A stretch of 56,234 bases of DNA, filler included, from Malassezia furfur (lineage: Eukaryota): NCBI GenBank assembly GCA_052055015.1. It is 2 parts of 2 records of this genome, joined end to end, with 100 filler letters (N's around TTAATTAATTAA, not from the genome) between each part and the next. Parts side by side here need not be neighbours in the genome. Positions count along the whole stretch, not along the records: positions 1 to 28,114 come from JBQJIT010000112.1; 1 more part is not named here. One strand, 5' to 3'. The translations under genes were made by a program, and so were the position numbers. Numbering within the stretch: the stretch's first letter is position 1; every line of letters starts with the position of its first letter. The notes beneath the pieces were generated by a model, which saw only the letters and a program-made list of their open reading frames with translations, searched no databases and was not told where the DNA came from. Of the stretch, positions 1-9,744 are shown one piece after another.

Positions 1-2135
1 GCCGCCGCGCGCGCCGCGTCAGGCGCCTCGCCACGCGCCTCGTCGGCCGCGCGCAGCGCCAGTACCTTCTTCTCCAGCGTAAACAAATGATGGTCTTCGC
101 TGTGCGGCGTCAGCAGACGCACGGCCTCGGCGAGCCGCAGCAGGTACTCGTCGTTGCGCCCGCTCGGCCCTTGGCACGTATAGATGCGCTCGGCGAGCTG
201 GTCGAGCGGCTCAGCACCCACAAACGCTTCGTTGTCGGGCAGGCCGACGTACACCAGCGCCTCGGGAATCAGCACCTCGGGCTGCTCCGAGTCGGTGTCC
301 TCGACGTCCGCGGCGATGCCGAGGATCGGCGCAGTCATCGCCGTGTACCCATTCTTTTCGCGGTGGTCCAGGTAGGCACGCACCTCGTCTGCATGCGCCG
401 CATCAATCGTATAGCTGATGCCCCACACAATGTCGCCCTCGGGCGCCTCGTCCGCATCGGGCAGCTGCTTCCAGTCTTCCGACTTGACCAGCGTCACCAC
501 GCGTCCGGGACGCTCGGGCGTGCCGCGGTGATCGACCGAGTGCTGTGCAAAGCGCCGCGCGAACCCTTGGATGTAGCCAGGCGTGTACCCAATCGCGTGC
601 GGCGGCGGCTTAAAGATCAGCGAGCCGTAGCCAAACACGTCAAACGACCCGGCGGGGCGCTCGGGGAACTGGGGGAGCGCCGCAAGGTGCGGCAGCTTCT
701 CGACGAGCGCAGCATGCATGCGGTCGACCGGCGATGCCTTTGGCGCCGCGCGTGGCGGCGGTCCGTCCTGCTGCTCGAGCGCCGCACGCATCTTCTTCTC
801 CTGCTTCTTCTTCTTCTTGTCCTTTTTGGGCGCGTCGGCGGGCGCCACATCGACGGGCGCATCATCGACCGACAGCCCCTGGGTATCCTCCGCAAGATCG
901 TCGCCGAGCAGCTCGTCCTCGGCGAGCATCTCGCGCTTGAGCCGCTGCACCTCCTTCTTGTGCTTCTTGCTCCGCTCGTGGTTCTCCCACGCGGCACGCG
1001 ATTGGAAGCGCTTGTTGCACGCAACACAGTCAAACGCTTCCTCGTCCTCGTCACCCTCGGAGGCGCTTGCGTCCTCGTCGGCACTCGACACATGCGCATC
1101 GTCGCTGTCGTACGACTCGCCACTCGTAAAGTCGGACGCCCAGTCGTCCTCGGGCTCATTGGCCATCTGCCAGCTCTGCGCCTGGAACGACGCGGCCTGC
1201 TTCCGCTTCTCTTCCTGGCGCTTGGCCGCCTCGGCCTTGCGCCGCTTCTCGGCCTCGGCCGTGGCCGCGGCGCTGGTCGCCTCCGATTGCGCCGCTTGGT
1301 ACGCCTTGTACCGAGGATCGCGGCGGCGGATAAACACGGCAAGCGAGCGGATCGCCTCGTTGTACTCGCGCCGTGCGGCGTCGCGCGCGCGCTTGTTGTC
1401 CTTCTCCATGAGCCGCTTGACACGCCGGTCCTGGGCATCGCGCACGTCAAACTTGTCCTTCCACGCAAAACTCTTGCGGCTCGAAAAGTTCATCCAGAAT
1501 TGGTAGAAGGAGCGCACGTCGCGCCGCCCATCCGTCGCAATGTATGGCGTGTTGGGGTGCCCGAATCCGACGTACCAGTACGCGTCGTCGCGATCGGGGT
1601 CCGCAAAGTCGTTCTCGTGCACCTCGCCAGGATACGGCGCCGCAACACGGTCCTCCTCGGCAATCAGCGCAAACAGACGGCGGTACGTGCCAAAGAACGA
1701 CGAGTCAGTGTCGCTCAAGTCCTTGGCGATCGACGGCGAGTAGAAACGCAGCAGGTGCGCGACACCGACGCCGGGCGCCAGAGACGACGCCTTCGGCGCC
1801 GCACCGCCGCTGCGGAAGAACCGAAACTTGGCATCGACGTCTTCCTCAGCATCCTCCTCGGTGCCTTGCATCAACCGGTCGCGGTTTTGGTCGTACCACG
1901 CACGCTCCGTCTCATCAGAGAGCACCTCGTACGCCTCCTGCAGCTTGGTAAACTTCTTGTTCGCCTCGGCCTCCTTGCCGGGGTTCTTGTCGGGGTGATA
2001 CCGAAGCGCGAGCCGGCGGTACGACTTGCGGATCCCTTCCACCGGCTCATTCTGGTCTACCTCGAGCAGCTCATAGTAGTCCACAAATACGTCGGCGTCC
2101 GCCGCCGCCGCCTCGCTCGACTGCCGCGCACCCAT
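1..2135 (-). CDS. JJJ1: Jjj1/DNAJC21-type J-domain co-chaperone with C2H2 zinc finger, fused in frame to a ChaC glutathione-specific gamma-glutamylcyclotransferase domain (3' end runs off the window)
   Basis: Manual translation of the minus strand from ATG 2135: DYYELLEV...IRKSYRRLALRYHPDKNPG...LQEAYEVLSDETERAWYD (J domain, HPD); FDCVACNKRFQSRAAWENHERSKKH (zinc finger, ~1040-960); then in the same frame FDVFGYGSLIFKPP...DHRGTPERPGRVVTL...YLDHREKNGY...GPSGRNDEYL (ChaC, ~645-60). Absent from the ORF track, consistent with no stop before the window edge. Confidence 0.9.
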   Translation of the reverse strand, partial: MGARQSSEAAAADADVFVDYYELLEVDQNEPVEGIRKSYRRLALRYHPDKNPGKEAEANKKFTKLQEAYEVLSDETERAWYDQNRDRLMQGTEEDAEEDVDAKFRFFRSGGAAPKASSLAPGVGVAHLLRFYSPSIAKDLSDTDSSFFGTYRRLFALIAEEDRVAAPYPGEVHENDFADPDRDDAYWYVGFGHPNTPYIATDGRRDVRSFYQFWMNFSSRKSFAWKDKFDVRDAQDRRVKRLMEKDNKRARDAARREYNEAIRSLAVFIRRRDPRYKAYQAAQSEATSAAATAEAEKRRKAEAAKRQEEKRKQAASFQAQSWQMANEPEDDWASDFTSGESYDSDDAHVSSADEDASASEGDEDEEAFDCVACNKRFQSRAAWENHERSKKHKKEVQRLKREMLAEDELLGDDLAEDTQGLSVDDAPVDVAPADAPKKDKKKKKQEKKMRAALEQQDGPPPRAAPKASPVDRMHAALVEKLPHLAALPQFPERPAGSFDVFGYGSLIFKPPPHAIGYTPGYIQGFARRFAQHSVDHRGTPERPGRVVTLVKSEDWKQLPDADEAPEGDIVWGISYTIDAAHADEVRAYLDHREKNGYTAMTAPILGIAADVEDTDSEQPEVLIPEALVYVGLPDNEAFVGAEPLDQLAERIYTCQGPSGRNDEYLLRLAEAVRLLTPHSEDHHLFTLEKKVLALRAADEARGEAPDAARAA

Positions 2136-2188
2136 GAAGGAAGCCTCCACGCGCCCTGCCCAAATTTCGTCCCTTTTTCTCCACATTC

Positions 2189-3400
2189 ATGACACCTCAG
2201 CAACGCGAAGCCCAGCGAACACTGCGTGTGGCGTACGAAGCACGGTTACCGCCCAATGCACGGCGATTCCCTTGGCCGGACCGCGTCGGACTGATCACCG
2301 CACAAGAGGGGCTGGACAAAGTACTCTTTGACCAAGCGCGGATCTTCCGCGCGAACGATGAATATGAACGTGCGTTCCTCAAGCACCTCGTCACTCGCAC
2401 GGAGCATGCCATTTCTGATGCGACGCCCGACGAGGAGCGCGCCATCCCGATACCACGGCAGGACTGGGCGGTAAACGAGGGAATTCTCGAGCGCTATGTC
2501 GAGCTGGTCTCGCTCCCTACGGCGGAAGATGCCCCTGGGGGACTCGTCGGTGCACCGGTGCCCCAGCCCATGTATCTGCGCCACTTTTTCCCTTGTGACG
2601 ATGGCGAAGACGACCCGGTGCTGGGACCATCAGCAAGCATCACACTCCACGAGGAGGGCGTGGCCATCTCGCAGGGGACCACCGGCCTGAAAACATGGGA
2701 GGCCAGCTACCGACTCGCCGCCTACCTCGTCGCCGAGCAGACTTCTTGGCGGTCACAGGCGCAAAGCGTCGTGGAGTTGGGAAGCGGCGCGGGGTTCCTG
2801 GGCATGGTGTGTGCGCGCCTCTTGCGCGGAACGTCGTCGCGGATCCTCTTGACCGATATCGCTGGCAACGTGTTGGAACGCTTGCAGGAGACGGCACATC
2901 TTAGTACGTATCTTGAGACTGACCAAGACAACGTGCAGGGAGGCGTGTTCACGGCGCCGCTAGACTGGGCCGAAGCGTACTACCGCCGGACCAAGGAGAC
3001 CTCCCTTTTGCGCAACGCCAACGCCACGCGCGTGTTGGCAGCCGATGTGGTCTACGACCCGGAGCTGATCGTGCCGTTCGTCGATGCTTTGCGCACGGCG
3101 CTGACTGGCTCGGACGATGATTCGCGGTACCCCACCGACCCGGAATGGGACGAAAACATCCCTTACGCCCTTGTCGCAAGCACTGTACGCAACCCGGCGA
3201 CGTACGAGGCGTTCTTAGACCGGCTCACCGCCGAAAAACTGCGCTGGAAGAAGGTCGAGATACCCACGCCGGTCTGGCCCGGCTCCGACGAGACGACAGC
3301 GCCCTTGCCGCTTTTCCCATCCACGCACGATCCTGAACTGGAAGGCTCGGTGGCTCTCCTACATGTACAGCTACAGCCACGCTCACCCGTGGAATTTTAG
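2189..3400 (+). CDS. EFM3: SAM-dependent protein-lysine methyltransferase, EFM3/FAM86 (eEF2-KMT) type
   Basis: ISQGTTGLKTWEAS, VVELGSGAGFLG, AADVVYDP, ASTVRNPATY motifs; probable in-frame 24-nt intron 2904-2927 (gtacgt...ctgaccaag). Confidence 0.85.
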   Translation: MTPQQREAQRTLRVAYEARLPPNARRFPWPDRVGLITAQEGLDKVLFDQARIFRANDEYERAFLKHLVTRTEHAISDATPDEERAIPIPRQDWAVNEGILERYVELVSLPTAEDAPGGLVGAPVPQPMYLRHFFPCDDGEDDPVLGPSASITLHEEGVAISQGTTGLKTWEASYRLAAYLVAEQTSWRSQAQSVVELGSGAGFLGMVCARLLRGTSSRILLTDIAGNVLERLQETAHLSTYLETDQDNVQGGVFTAPLDWAEAYYRRTKETSLLRNANATRVLAADVVYDPELIVPFVDALRTALTGSDDDSRYPTDPEWDENIPYALVASTVRNPATYEAFLDRLTAEKLRWKKVEIPTPVWPGSDETTAPLPLFPSTHDPELEGSVALLHVQLQPRSPVEF

Positions 3401-4295
3401 ACAGACCCAATACTGCTCGCGGCTCTGCGCACGACTCGCGTCCATTTTTTCGGAGCGCACAGACTGGAAGTGTTTGGCCAGCACTTCGCGCCGGAATTCC
3501 TCGGCCTCAGCACTCATAAAGTACTTGCACACAAACGCTGAGGGTAGCGCATCCAGGGGCGTCGACCGCGTCACCCGCACGTCGGCATCCGGCGTCGGGC
3601 GCAGCACCGCGCGACAAAAGTCCTGGGTCAGGTGCCAAGACGTACAAACGCCGCCATGCACAGGTCCAACGAGGCCTGCGAATCGCGAATCGGGTTACCC
3701 GAGGTGTTTGCTGCGTGAGCATCGCTAGACCTACCCATCATATCACTCAGCACCACATCCACACCGCCGGACCGATCGTCCCCGCCGCACTGGGCCGCGA
3801 TCCTCGCCTGTAGTTCCTCTCGGATGGCTGGTTGCGTAAAATCCCCTTGCATATACGTTGCTTCCGGCACCGATGCTTGTAGCGGCAAGAGATCCAGGGC
3901 AAACAAATGCGCATCGGGGCAAAGGGACCGCACGGCCTGGCACCAGCCACCCGGGGCTGCGCCCAGGTCCACTACCGTGCGTCCGGGGCGAAATAGGGGG
4001 TATTTTTGCGCAAGCTGAAGGAGCTTGTACGCCGAGCGCGACACAAAATCCGCCCCGTCTTGGTTGCGCTTCCGTACGTACTTTCGTCAGACAAACTTGT
4101 GCCTTACCTGGTCACGCCGCTGTCGGTCGAGATCTTTTGCGTAAGAAACTGGCACCTACATTTTGCGGACGAGCCACCTCGCCGATTCGACACAGAGCGC
4201 GTGATCACATTGGGTGCCTTTCTACTTAGACATGTCTCGTATCTTGTTAACGCCACACGATAAAGGTCGGCGCCACGGCTCCGACAAACGGGCAT
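3383..4295 (-). CDS. MRM2: RrmJ/FtsJ-family mitochondrial rRNA 2'-O-methyltransferase
   Basis: Spliced model with introns 4134-4159, 4081-4107, 3711-3734, 3623-3645 gives GSSAKYLDRQRRDQYV...SRSAYKL...VVDLGAAPGGW...VVLSDMMANTSG...VCKYF...ASRAQSREQYWV; start codon less certain. Confidence 0.88.
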
Positions 4296-4742
4296 GTCCT
4301 GTTGGTTGCACTGCAATTCCTGGGGCTTCCCCACACCTCACGGCCGGACTGGAGACGTGTCACCACTCGTCAGATTTGTGGACCGCTTTATTCCGCTTGT
4401 TCATTGGTGGCCGAGATCAGCCGATTGTGGAGACAAATACCGGCATGAATCGATGAGAATGCATTAAATTGCGCTTTGCAGCAGACCAAAGTTCCACATT
4501 GGACGTGCAGGGTCTATTGTGCAGGAATTCGCATTCACGCACAGCAACTTTCTGCAGCTGAGAGATGCAACCCCGGCCAATTTGTAGCACTTCCCCACAC
4601 GCGTTATTTTCCCTGCATGACGCGCAGTCGCGGGGGAGTTCAGTAGCCGAGAGGTGGTGGGGCGCCGAAGCCGGTAGACATTCCTATAAGAGAGCAACAC
4701 CTCTTCTTCACACACTACCCCCTCCTCCTTCCCTACCCCACC

Positions 4743-6665
4743 ATGTCGGAGACCCCTGAGAAGAAATTTTACGACGACCCTACTTTCTACAAGTCTGTCC
4801 AGGCCGATGGCCGTGAAAAGTACAAGCGCGCTCAGAATGAAGTCCTCTTCAACACGCGCGAAGCTGTCATGGAGGAGGCCGGTGAGGATGACCAGGCGCT
4901 CGAGCACTCCGTGAACGTGCGCTTGGCGAATCCTCTACTGGGCTTGTCCTACGAACAGATCCAACGGGATGTGGACGACTTTGTCTCCTCCCACGGACTG
5001 GAGGAATACCGCGACGTCTTCTTCAAGGGTGCTCTGTGTGCCCAAGCACAGGCTACGGGCAACTATGATTCCATTACTGTCCTCACAGACGATGACCGCG
5101 AGGCGTTGCGCGATGAGAAGGAGCACCGCTGGAAGCAGCCATTCACGCTCTACTGGCTGGCCTGCTGCTGCAGTGTTGCGGCCGCCGTGCAGGGTGCAGA
5201 CGAGAGTGTCATCAATGGTGCTCTGCTCTTTTTCCCGCAACAGTTTGGGATTGGCTCGGACTCGGACAAGGACCAGTGGCTTCGCGGCCTGGTCGCGGCT
5301 GCGCCGTACATTGCCTGCGCCTTTGTCGGGTGCTGGCTGACGCAGCCGCTCAACGCGCTGTTTGGTCGTCGCGGTACTATTTTCCTTACTTCGTTCCTGA
5401 GCTTTGCGTCGTGCATTTGGCAGGGCGTGACGAACAGCTGGTGGCACATGTTTATTGCTCGTCTGGTCCTGGGTATTGGCATTGGCCCCAAGTCGGCTAC
5501 CGTCCCCATGTACTCTGCCGAGTGCACCCCGCCGCTGATTCGTGGTGCCCTGACGATGCAGTGGCAGACGTGGACTGCGTTTGGTATTATGCTTGGATAC
5601 GCTGCCGACCTCGTCCTGTACCACGTCGGAGACACTACGCACATTACGGGGTTGAACTGGCGCCTTATGATGGGCAGTGCCGCGATTCCCGCCTTGTTTG
5701 TGATGGTCCAAGTCTTTTTCTGCCCCGAATCCCCGCGTTGGCTCATGAAGAAGGGCAAGTACCAACAGGCACTGCAGTCCTTCCTGCGCCTGCGCAACAG
5801 CTCGCTGCTGGCCGCGCGTGACATGTACTTTGCCCACCGCCTGTTGATCGAGGAGGAGAAGGTTCGCCGCTCCCAGGGTCCGTTCCCCTTCCTCGAGCTG
5901 TTCACGGTGCCCCGCAACCTGCGTGCGACGATCGGTGCTACGATTGTCATGTTTGGCCAGCAGTTCTGCGGTGTGAACGTCATTGCGTACTACTCGAGCA
6001 ACATTATCCAGAAGGTGGCCAACACGACCGAGATCAACGCACTCCTGGGCAGCTGGGGCTTTGGTATGATCAACTTCTTGTTTGCCATCCCTGCTTGGTA
6101 CACCATCGACACGTTCGGCCGGCGTAACCTGCTCCTCGTCACGCTGCCGTTCATGGCGCTCTTCCTCCTCATCACTGGCTTTTCGTTCTGGATTCCCGAT
6201 TCCCAGTCGGATGCACAGCTCGGCGTGGTGCTGATGGGAATTATGGTGTATGCGTGCTTTTACTCGCCCGGATTTGGTCCAGTGCCGTTTACGTACTGTG
6301 CGGAGGCATTCCCTCTGTACATTCGTGAGATCGGTATGACCTATGCGACTGTGGTGCTGTGGTTCTTCAACTCGGTGCTCGCCATTACCTGGTTCCGCAT
6401 GGAGGAGGTCTTCAAGCCACAGGGCGCGTTCGGCTGGTACGCCGCATGGTGTATGATTCTTTTCCTGCTTATCTTCTTCCTTCTTCCAGAGACCAAGGCA
6501 TTGACTCTGGAGGAGCTCGACATTGTGTTCAGCGTCCCGACGACGAAGCACGCGGCCTACCAGTTCCGCCAGATCCCCTACTACTTCAAGCGCCACTTCC
6601 TTTTCCAGAAGAACGTGAAGAAGGAGCAGCTGTATACTATCGACAACAGCATCAGCAAGGCATAA
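4743..6665 (+). CDS. MFS sugar-porter family transporter (polyol/myo-inositol-like)
   Basis: Intronless 640 aa; FGRRG, PMYSAECTPPLIRGAL, PESPRWL, QQFCGVNVIAYYS, DTFGRRNLLL, PETKALTLEELD motifs; many hydrophobic segments. Confidence 0.93.
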   Translation: MSETPEKKFYDDPTFYKSVQADGREKYKRAQNEVLFNTREAVMEEAGEDDQALEHSVNVRLANPLLGLSYEQIQRDVDDFVSSHGLEEYRDVFFKGALCAQAQATGNYDSITVLTDDDREALRDEKEHRWKQPFTLYWLACCCSVAAAVQGADESVINGALLFFPQQFGIGSDSDKDQWLRGLVAAAPYIACAFVGCWLTQPLNALFGRRGTIFLTSFLSFASCIWQGVTNSWWHMFIARLVLGIGIGPKSATVPMYSAECTPPLIRGALTMQWQTWTAFGIMLGYAADLVLYHVGDTTHITGLNWRLMMGSAAIPALFVMVQVFFCPESPRWLMKKGKYQQALQSFLRLRNSSLLAARDMYFAHRLLIEEEKVRRSQGPFPFLELFTVPRNLRATIGATIVMFGQQFCGVNVIAYYSSNIIQKVANTTEINALLGSWGFGMINFLFAIPAWYTIDTFGRRNLLLVTLPFMALFLLITGFSFWIPDSQSDAQLGVVLMGIMVYACFYSPGFGPVPFTYCAEAFPLYIREIGMTYATVVLWFFNSVLAITWFRMEEVFKPQGAFGWYAAWCMILFLLIFFLLPETKALTLEELDIVFSVPTTKHAAYQFRQIPYYFKRHFLFQKNVKKEQLYTIDNSISKA

Positions 6666-6801
6666 TTTCCCCCGTCTCCATCACTCCATGCACAGCAAAA
6701 AAAAGACGCGCACAGGCGCCGCCGCCATGGGTGCGGCGTTCTCCACGGGTTAATAATTTATACATAGGGATAATAATAGGGAATGTGGAGTCACATGCAC
6801 C

Positions 6802-7914
6802 ATGTGTGGCCGCTTTGCGAACGGACTCGCCTACGACGAATTCCGACGCTCGGTTGCGTCGGCGCTGCCACCCGACTCGTTCAAGGGGAACGACGACCCG
6901 GATGACTATCATCCATCGTACAATGTTGCACCGGGCACGCGCTATCCAATCGTCCGTGCCGAGGGCACATCGCTTGTGATCGAGGCAATGCGGTGGGGCA
7001 TCCCGTTGAATAAGCTCGGATCGTCGGGACAGGGCGAACCCGCGGCAGGGCACCGTGTCATCAATTCGCGCTCAGATACCCTAATGAACACCAAGTCTAC
7101 GTGGCACAAACTGCTCGCGACGCGGCGCTGCGTCGTATTTTGCCAAGGGTTCTACGAATGGCAAAAGGTGCGGATCCCCGGCGAGAAGGACCATTTCCGG
7201 CGAATCCCCCATTTTGTCGGCATGCACGACCCAGGAAAAGGGCGCATCGATGCAAATGGCCATGAACGGCGGCTCATGCCCATGGCTGGGCTGTGGACCG
7301 ACATTGCGGGGGAGGACGAGCACATGTTCACCATCGTTACGACGCAGTCGAACAAGCAGCTCGATTTTTTGCACGACCGCATGCCACTTATCCTCCCGGA
7401 TATCGAAGCCATTCTTTTGTGGCTCGGGTTTGGGAAAGAGGAGCCCAATATTGAGGCTCTCGCACGCCTCCTCCGACCCTACGATGGCACGCTGGATTGC
7501 TACCCTGTGCCTCCCGAGGTCGGCAAGGTAGGCGTCTCGCGTCCGAACCTAATCTTGCCTGTATCAAACCGAAAAGATGGCATTGCGTCCATGTTTGCCT
7601 CTGTTCAGGCCAAGAACGAGCGTGCATCCTCCGACATCAAACGTGAGCCAGCAGAGGCCGACGAGGTGCCATCGCTCGAGGAGCGCTGGAAGGGCAAGTC
7701 GGAGCACGACGAGGTGTTGCCTGCCAAGGAAGAGCACAGGTCCCCAACCCACACCGAGCGCCTCCCGGCGACAAGTACAACACCGAAACGAGAAGGCAAG
7801 GCGGTACACAGCGCTGTGCGACTCAGTCCATCGCCATCGCCCAAGCGGCGCAAAACCGACAGCACACGGCCCCCAAACACACCGAGTCTCGATTCTTTCT
7901 GGAAAACTAGCTGA
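6802..7914 (+). CDS. SRAP/HMCES (DUF159) abasic-site-protecting protein
   Basis: N-terminal MCGRF (catalytic Cys2), SYNVAP, MRWG, INSRSD, RRCVV..GFYEWQ, HDRMPLIL; low-complexity C-tail. Confidence 0.93.
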   Translation: MCGRFANGLAYDEFRRSVASALPPDSFKGNDDPDDYHPSYNVAPGTRYPIVRAEGTSLVIEAMRWGIPLNKLGSSGQGEPAAGHRVINSRSDTLMNTKSTWHKLLATRRCVVFCQGFYEWQKVRIPGEKDHFRRIPHFVGMHDPGKGRIDANGHERRLMPMAGLWTDIAGEDEHMFTIVTTQSNKQLDFLHDRMPLILPDIEAILLWLGFGKEEPNIEALARLLRPYDGTLDCYPVPPEVGKVGVSRPNLILPVSNRKDGIASMFASVQAKNERASSDIKREPAEADEVPSLEERWKGKSEHDEVLPAKEEHRSPTHTERLPATSTTPKREGKAVHSAVRLSPSPSPKRRKTDSTRPPNTPSLDSFWKTS

Positions 7915-7916
7915 TC

Positions 7917-9665
7917 CTACTTCGAAGTTGTGTTATAGAGCGGACGCGGTGCCTTCATACTGTACACCTTGCTTTCGCCGCTGCCCTTGGCGCGCTCGAC
8001 ATGCAGGTCGAACACAAGTTCGCCCGATGTGGGGTCGACATACGCAGAGCTCCAGTTGCGAGCGCCGATAATGTACTTGTTGTGCTGCTTCTCGTCGTTC
8101 AAGTCATACTTGAACAGCGGTAGCATCTTTTCGCGCGTGTTGGCGTAGAACAAGCTGCGGTGCTTCTTCCGCGCGAGTCGGTTGACAATGGTGATGATCG
8201 CCGGCGGCGGCGGCGCATTCACGATGGCACTCGTGATTACCGCAAGCATGTAGCGGTGGTCACGCTCCGGGTGCATGCTGAGCGCCGTGTAGAGCAGGCC
8301 ACAGCCGCCTGCGTGCACATCACCGCTAATAAAGGTGATGCGGAAGCGGCGCTTCAGCGCAATCTCCTGCATGCGCTCAATGAGCCAATTGCGCTCGCGC
8401 TTGTGGTGCGCCGCACACCAGTGGTCATTCAGGTCGTCGAGCAGCTCGACCTGGCCATTGAAGTTGTTGGTGAACGCGGGGAGCAGCATCTTGGCCAATT
8501 TCGCCACCGGGTTCCACCGGCTGCCGAGCATCTTCTCGAGCAGCACCATGCGGGGGTAGCACAGCGGCACACCAAGCTGAATGATGACATGTTCCACCGA
8601 GTCGGGCAGCGTGCGCAGCGCCGCAAAGCACCGCTCGTACGTGTCGCGTGCACACACCTGCTTGAGCTTGCGCTGCGCGCGACAGTCGATGAGCAGCATG
8701 GCCTGCTTCGGACCCATGTAGATTAGCAGCGAGTGCGTCGGGTACGGGATGAACGCGCCAGGGCCGCCGATGATCAGCGACCGGAAAATGGACGGGTTGG
8801 GGTTGGACGTGTCCGAGTTGCTGATGTTGTCCACGGCATCGTTCATAAACTGCTGGAACAGCAGATAGAAGAAGAAGCCGCGGCTGCCGATCCGGTTGAA
8901 CACGGGCGACTTCATGAGGTCATCGGGGTACGTGCCGAAGCCATCAATCAAGTCGTGGTCGTCTAGCATGTTGACCATGGGAATCCGCGCAGCGGCCTCG
9001 GCAAACTTGCCGCTGCCGAACCACTTGACGTAGTTGAAGAAGAGGAAGCGGTCGATCGCAATGGCAATCGCGTCCGAGACGGGCGTCAAATTCGGCTTGC
9101 TGTTGTCCGAGTTGAGCACGGTCTTGAGCTCCTCTTCCTGCGCAATCTTGTCGTTGTAAATCTGGTCACCACCGCCCATGCAGATGTGGTAGGGCTTCTG
9201 CGCGTGGTTCGCCAGCACATCCCTCCAGAGCGGGTCTGCGCCATTCCACTCGCTCTGGTCGATGCTGCTGCTGAACCCGTTGCACGAGTGGCCTACCCAA
9301 CGGAAGTTTTCCGTGCGCGACGGGACGTGGAACTCGATCGCGTCCGATACGCCGGGCACTTGGTATACGACGACCTGTGGCTGTTCCTGCAGCAGGATCT
9401 CAAGCTTGAAGCGCCAAAAGTAGTGCACATTCGACGACTCGTCGTGGTACTGCCAGATTTCGGCTGCCTGGCTCTGCATGGTCGGGCCGCTCGGCGTCGA
9501 CTGACCGCCTTGTACCAGCGTCGGTGTGTACTGCAGCACCGGCGGCTCGATCTTGGCACCGGGCTCGCTCGCTGTCACAACGAGGGCAAATGCATGGTAC
9601 ACTCCTTGCTTGTCGACCGTATCGTAGCGCAACAGGGGTCCCACTTCGCGCTTCCCCACCGACAT
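7917..9665 (-). CDS. PhoD-like metallophosphatase (fungal, no signal peptide)
   Basis: GPLLRY, HSCNGFS, GGGDQIYND, DDHDLIDGFGTY, ELLDDLNDHW, ISGDVH motifs. Start placed at MSVGKREVGPLLRY (9665); the ORF-track extension to 9830 overlaps the GH55 gene. Confidence 0.88.
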   Translation of the reverse strand: MSVGKREVGPLLRYDTVDKQGVYHAFALVVTASEPGAKIEPPVLQYTPTLVQGGQSTPSGPTMQSQAAEIWQYHDESSNVHYFWRFKLEILLQEQPQVVVYQVPGVSDAIEFHVPSRTENFRWVGHSCNGFSSSIDQSEWNGADPLWRDVLANHAQKPYHICMGGGDQIYNDKIAQEEELKTVLNSDNSKPNLTPVSDAIAIAIDRFLFFNYVKWFGSGKFAEAAARIPMVNMLDDHDLIDGFGTYPDDLMKSPVFNRIGSRGFFFYLLFQQFMNDAVDNISNSDTSNPNPSIFRSLIIGGPGAFIPYPTHSLLIYMGPKQAMLLIDCRAQRKLKQVCARDTYERCFAALRTLPDSVEHVIIQLGVPLCYPRMVLLEKMLGSRWNPVAKLAKMLLPAFTNNFNGQVELLDDLNDHWCAAHHKRERNWLIERMQEIALKRRFRITFISGDVHAGGCGLLYTALSMHPERDHRYMLAVITSAIVNAPPPPAIITIVNRLARKKHRSLFYANTREKMLPLFKYDLNDEKQHNKYIIGARNWSSAYVDPTSGELVFDLHVERAKGSGESKVYSMKAPRPLYNTTSK

Positions 9666-9744
9666 GCTGGGCTGGAAATCAAACAACAAGGGCTTGGCGC
9701 GCCCCACATTTGTCATCAAGTCAGCTGCACAACGCACCTCCACC

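Noticed and set aside
87..2192. 701-aa plus-strand ORF
   Set aside because: Codon-for-codon antisense shadow of the JJJ1-ChaC gene; no motifs.
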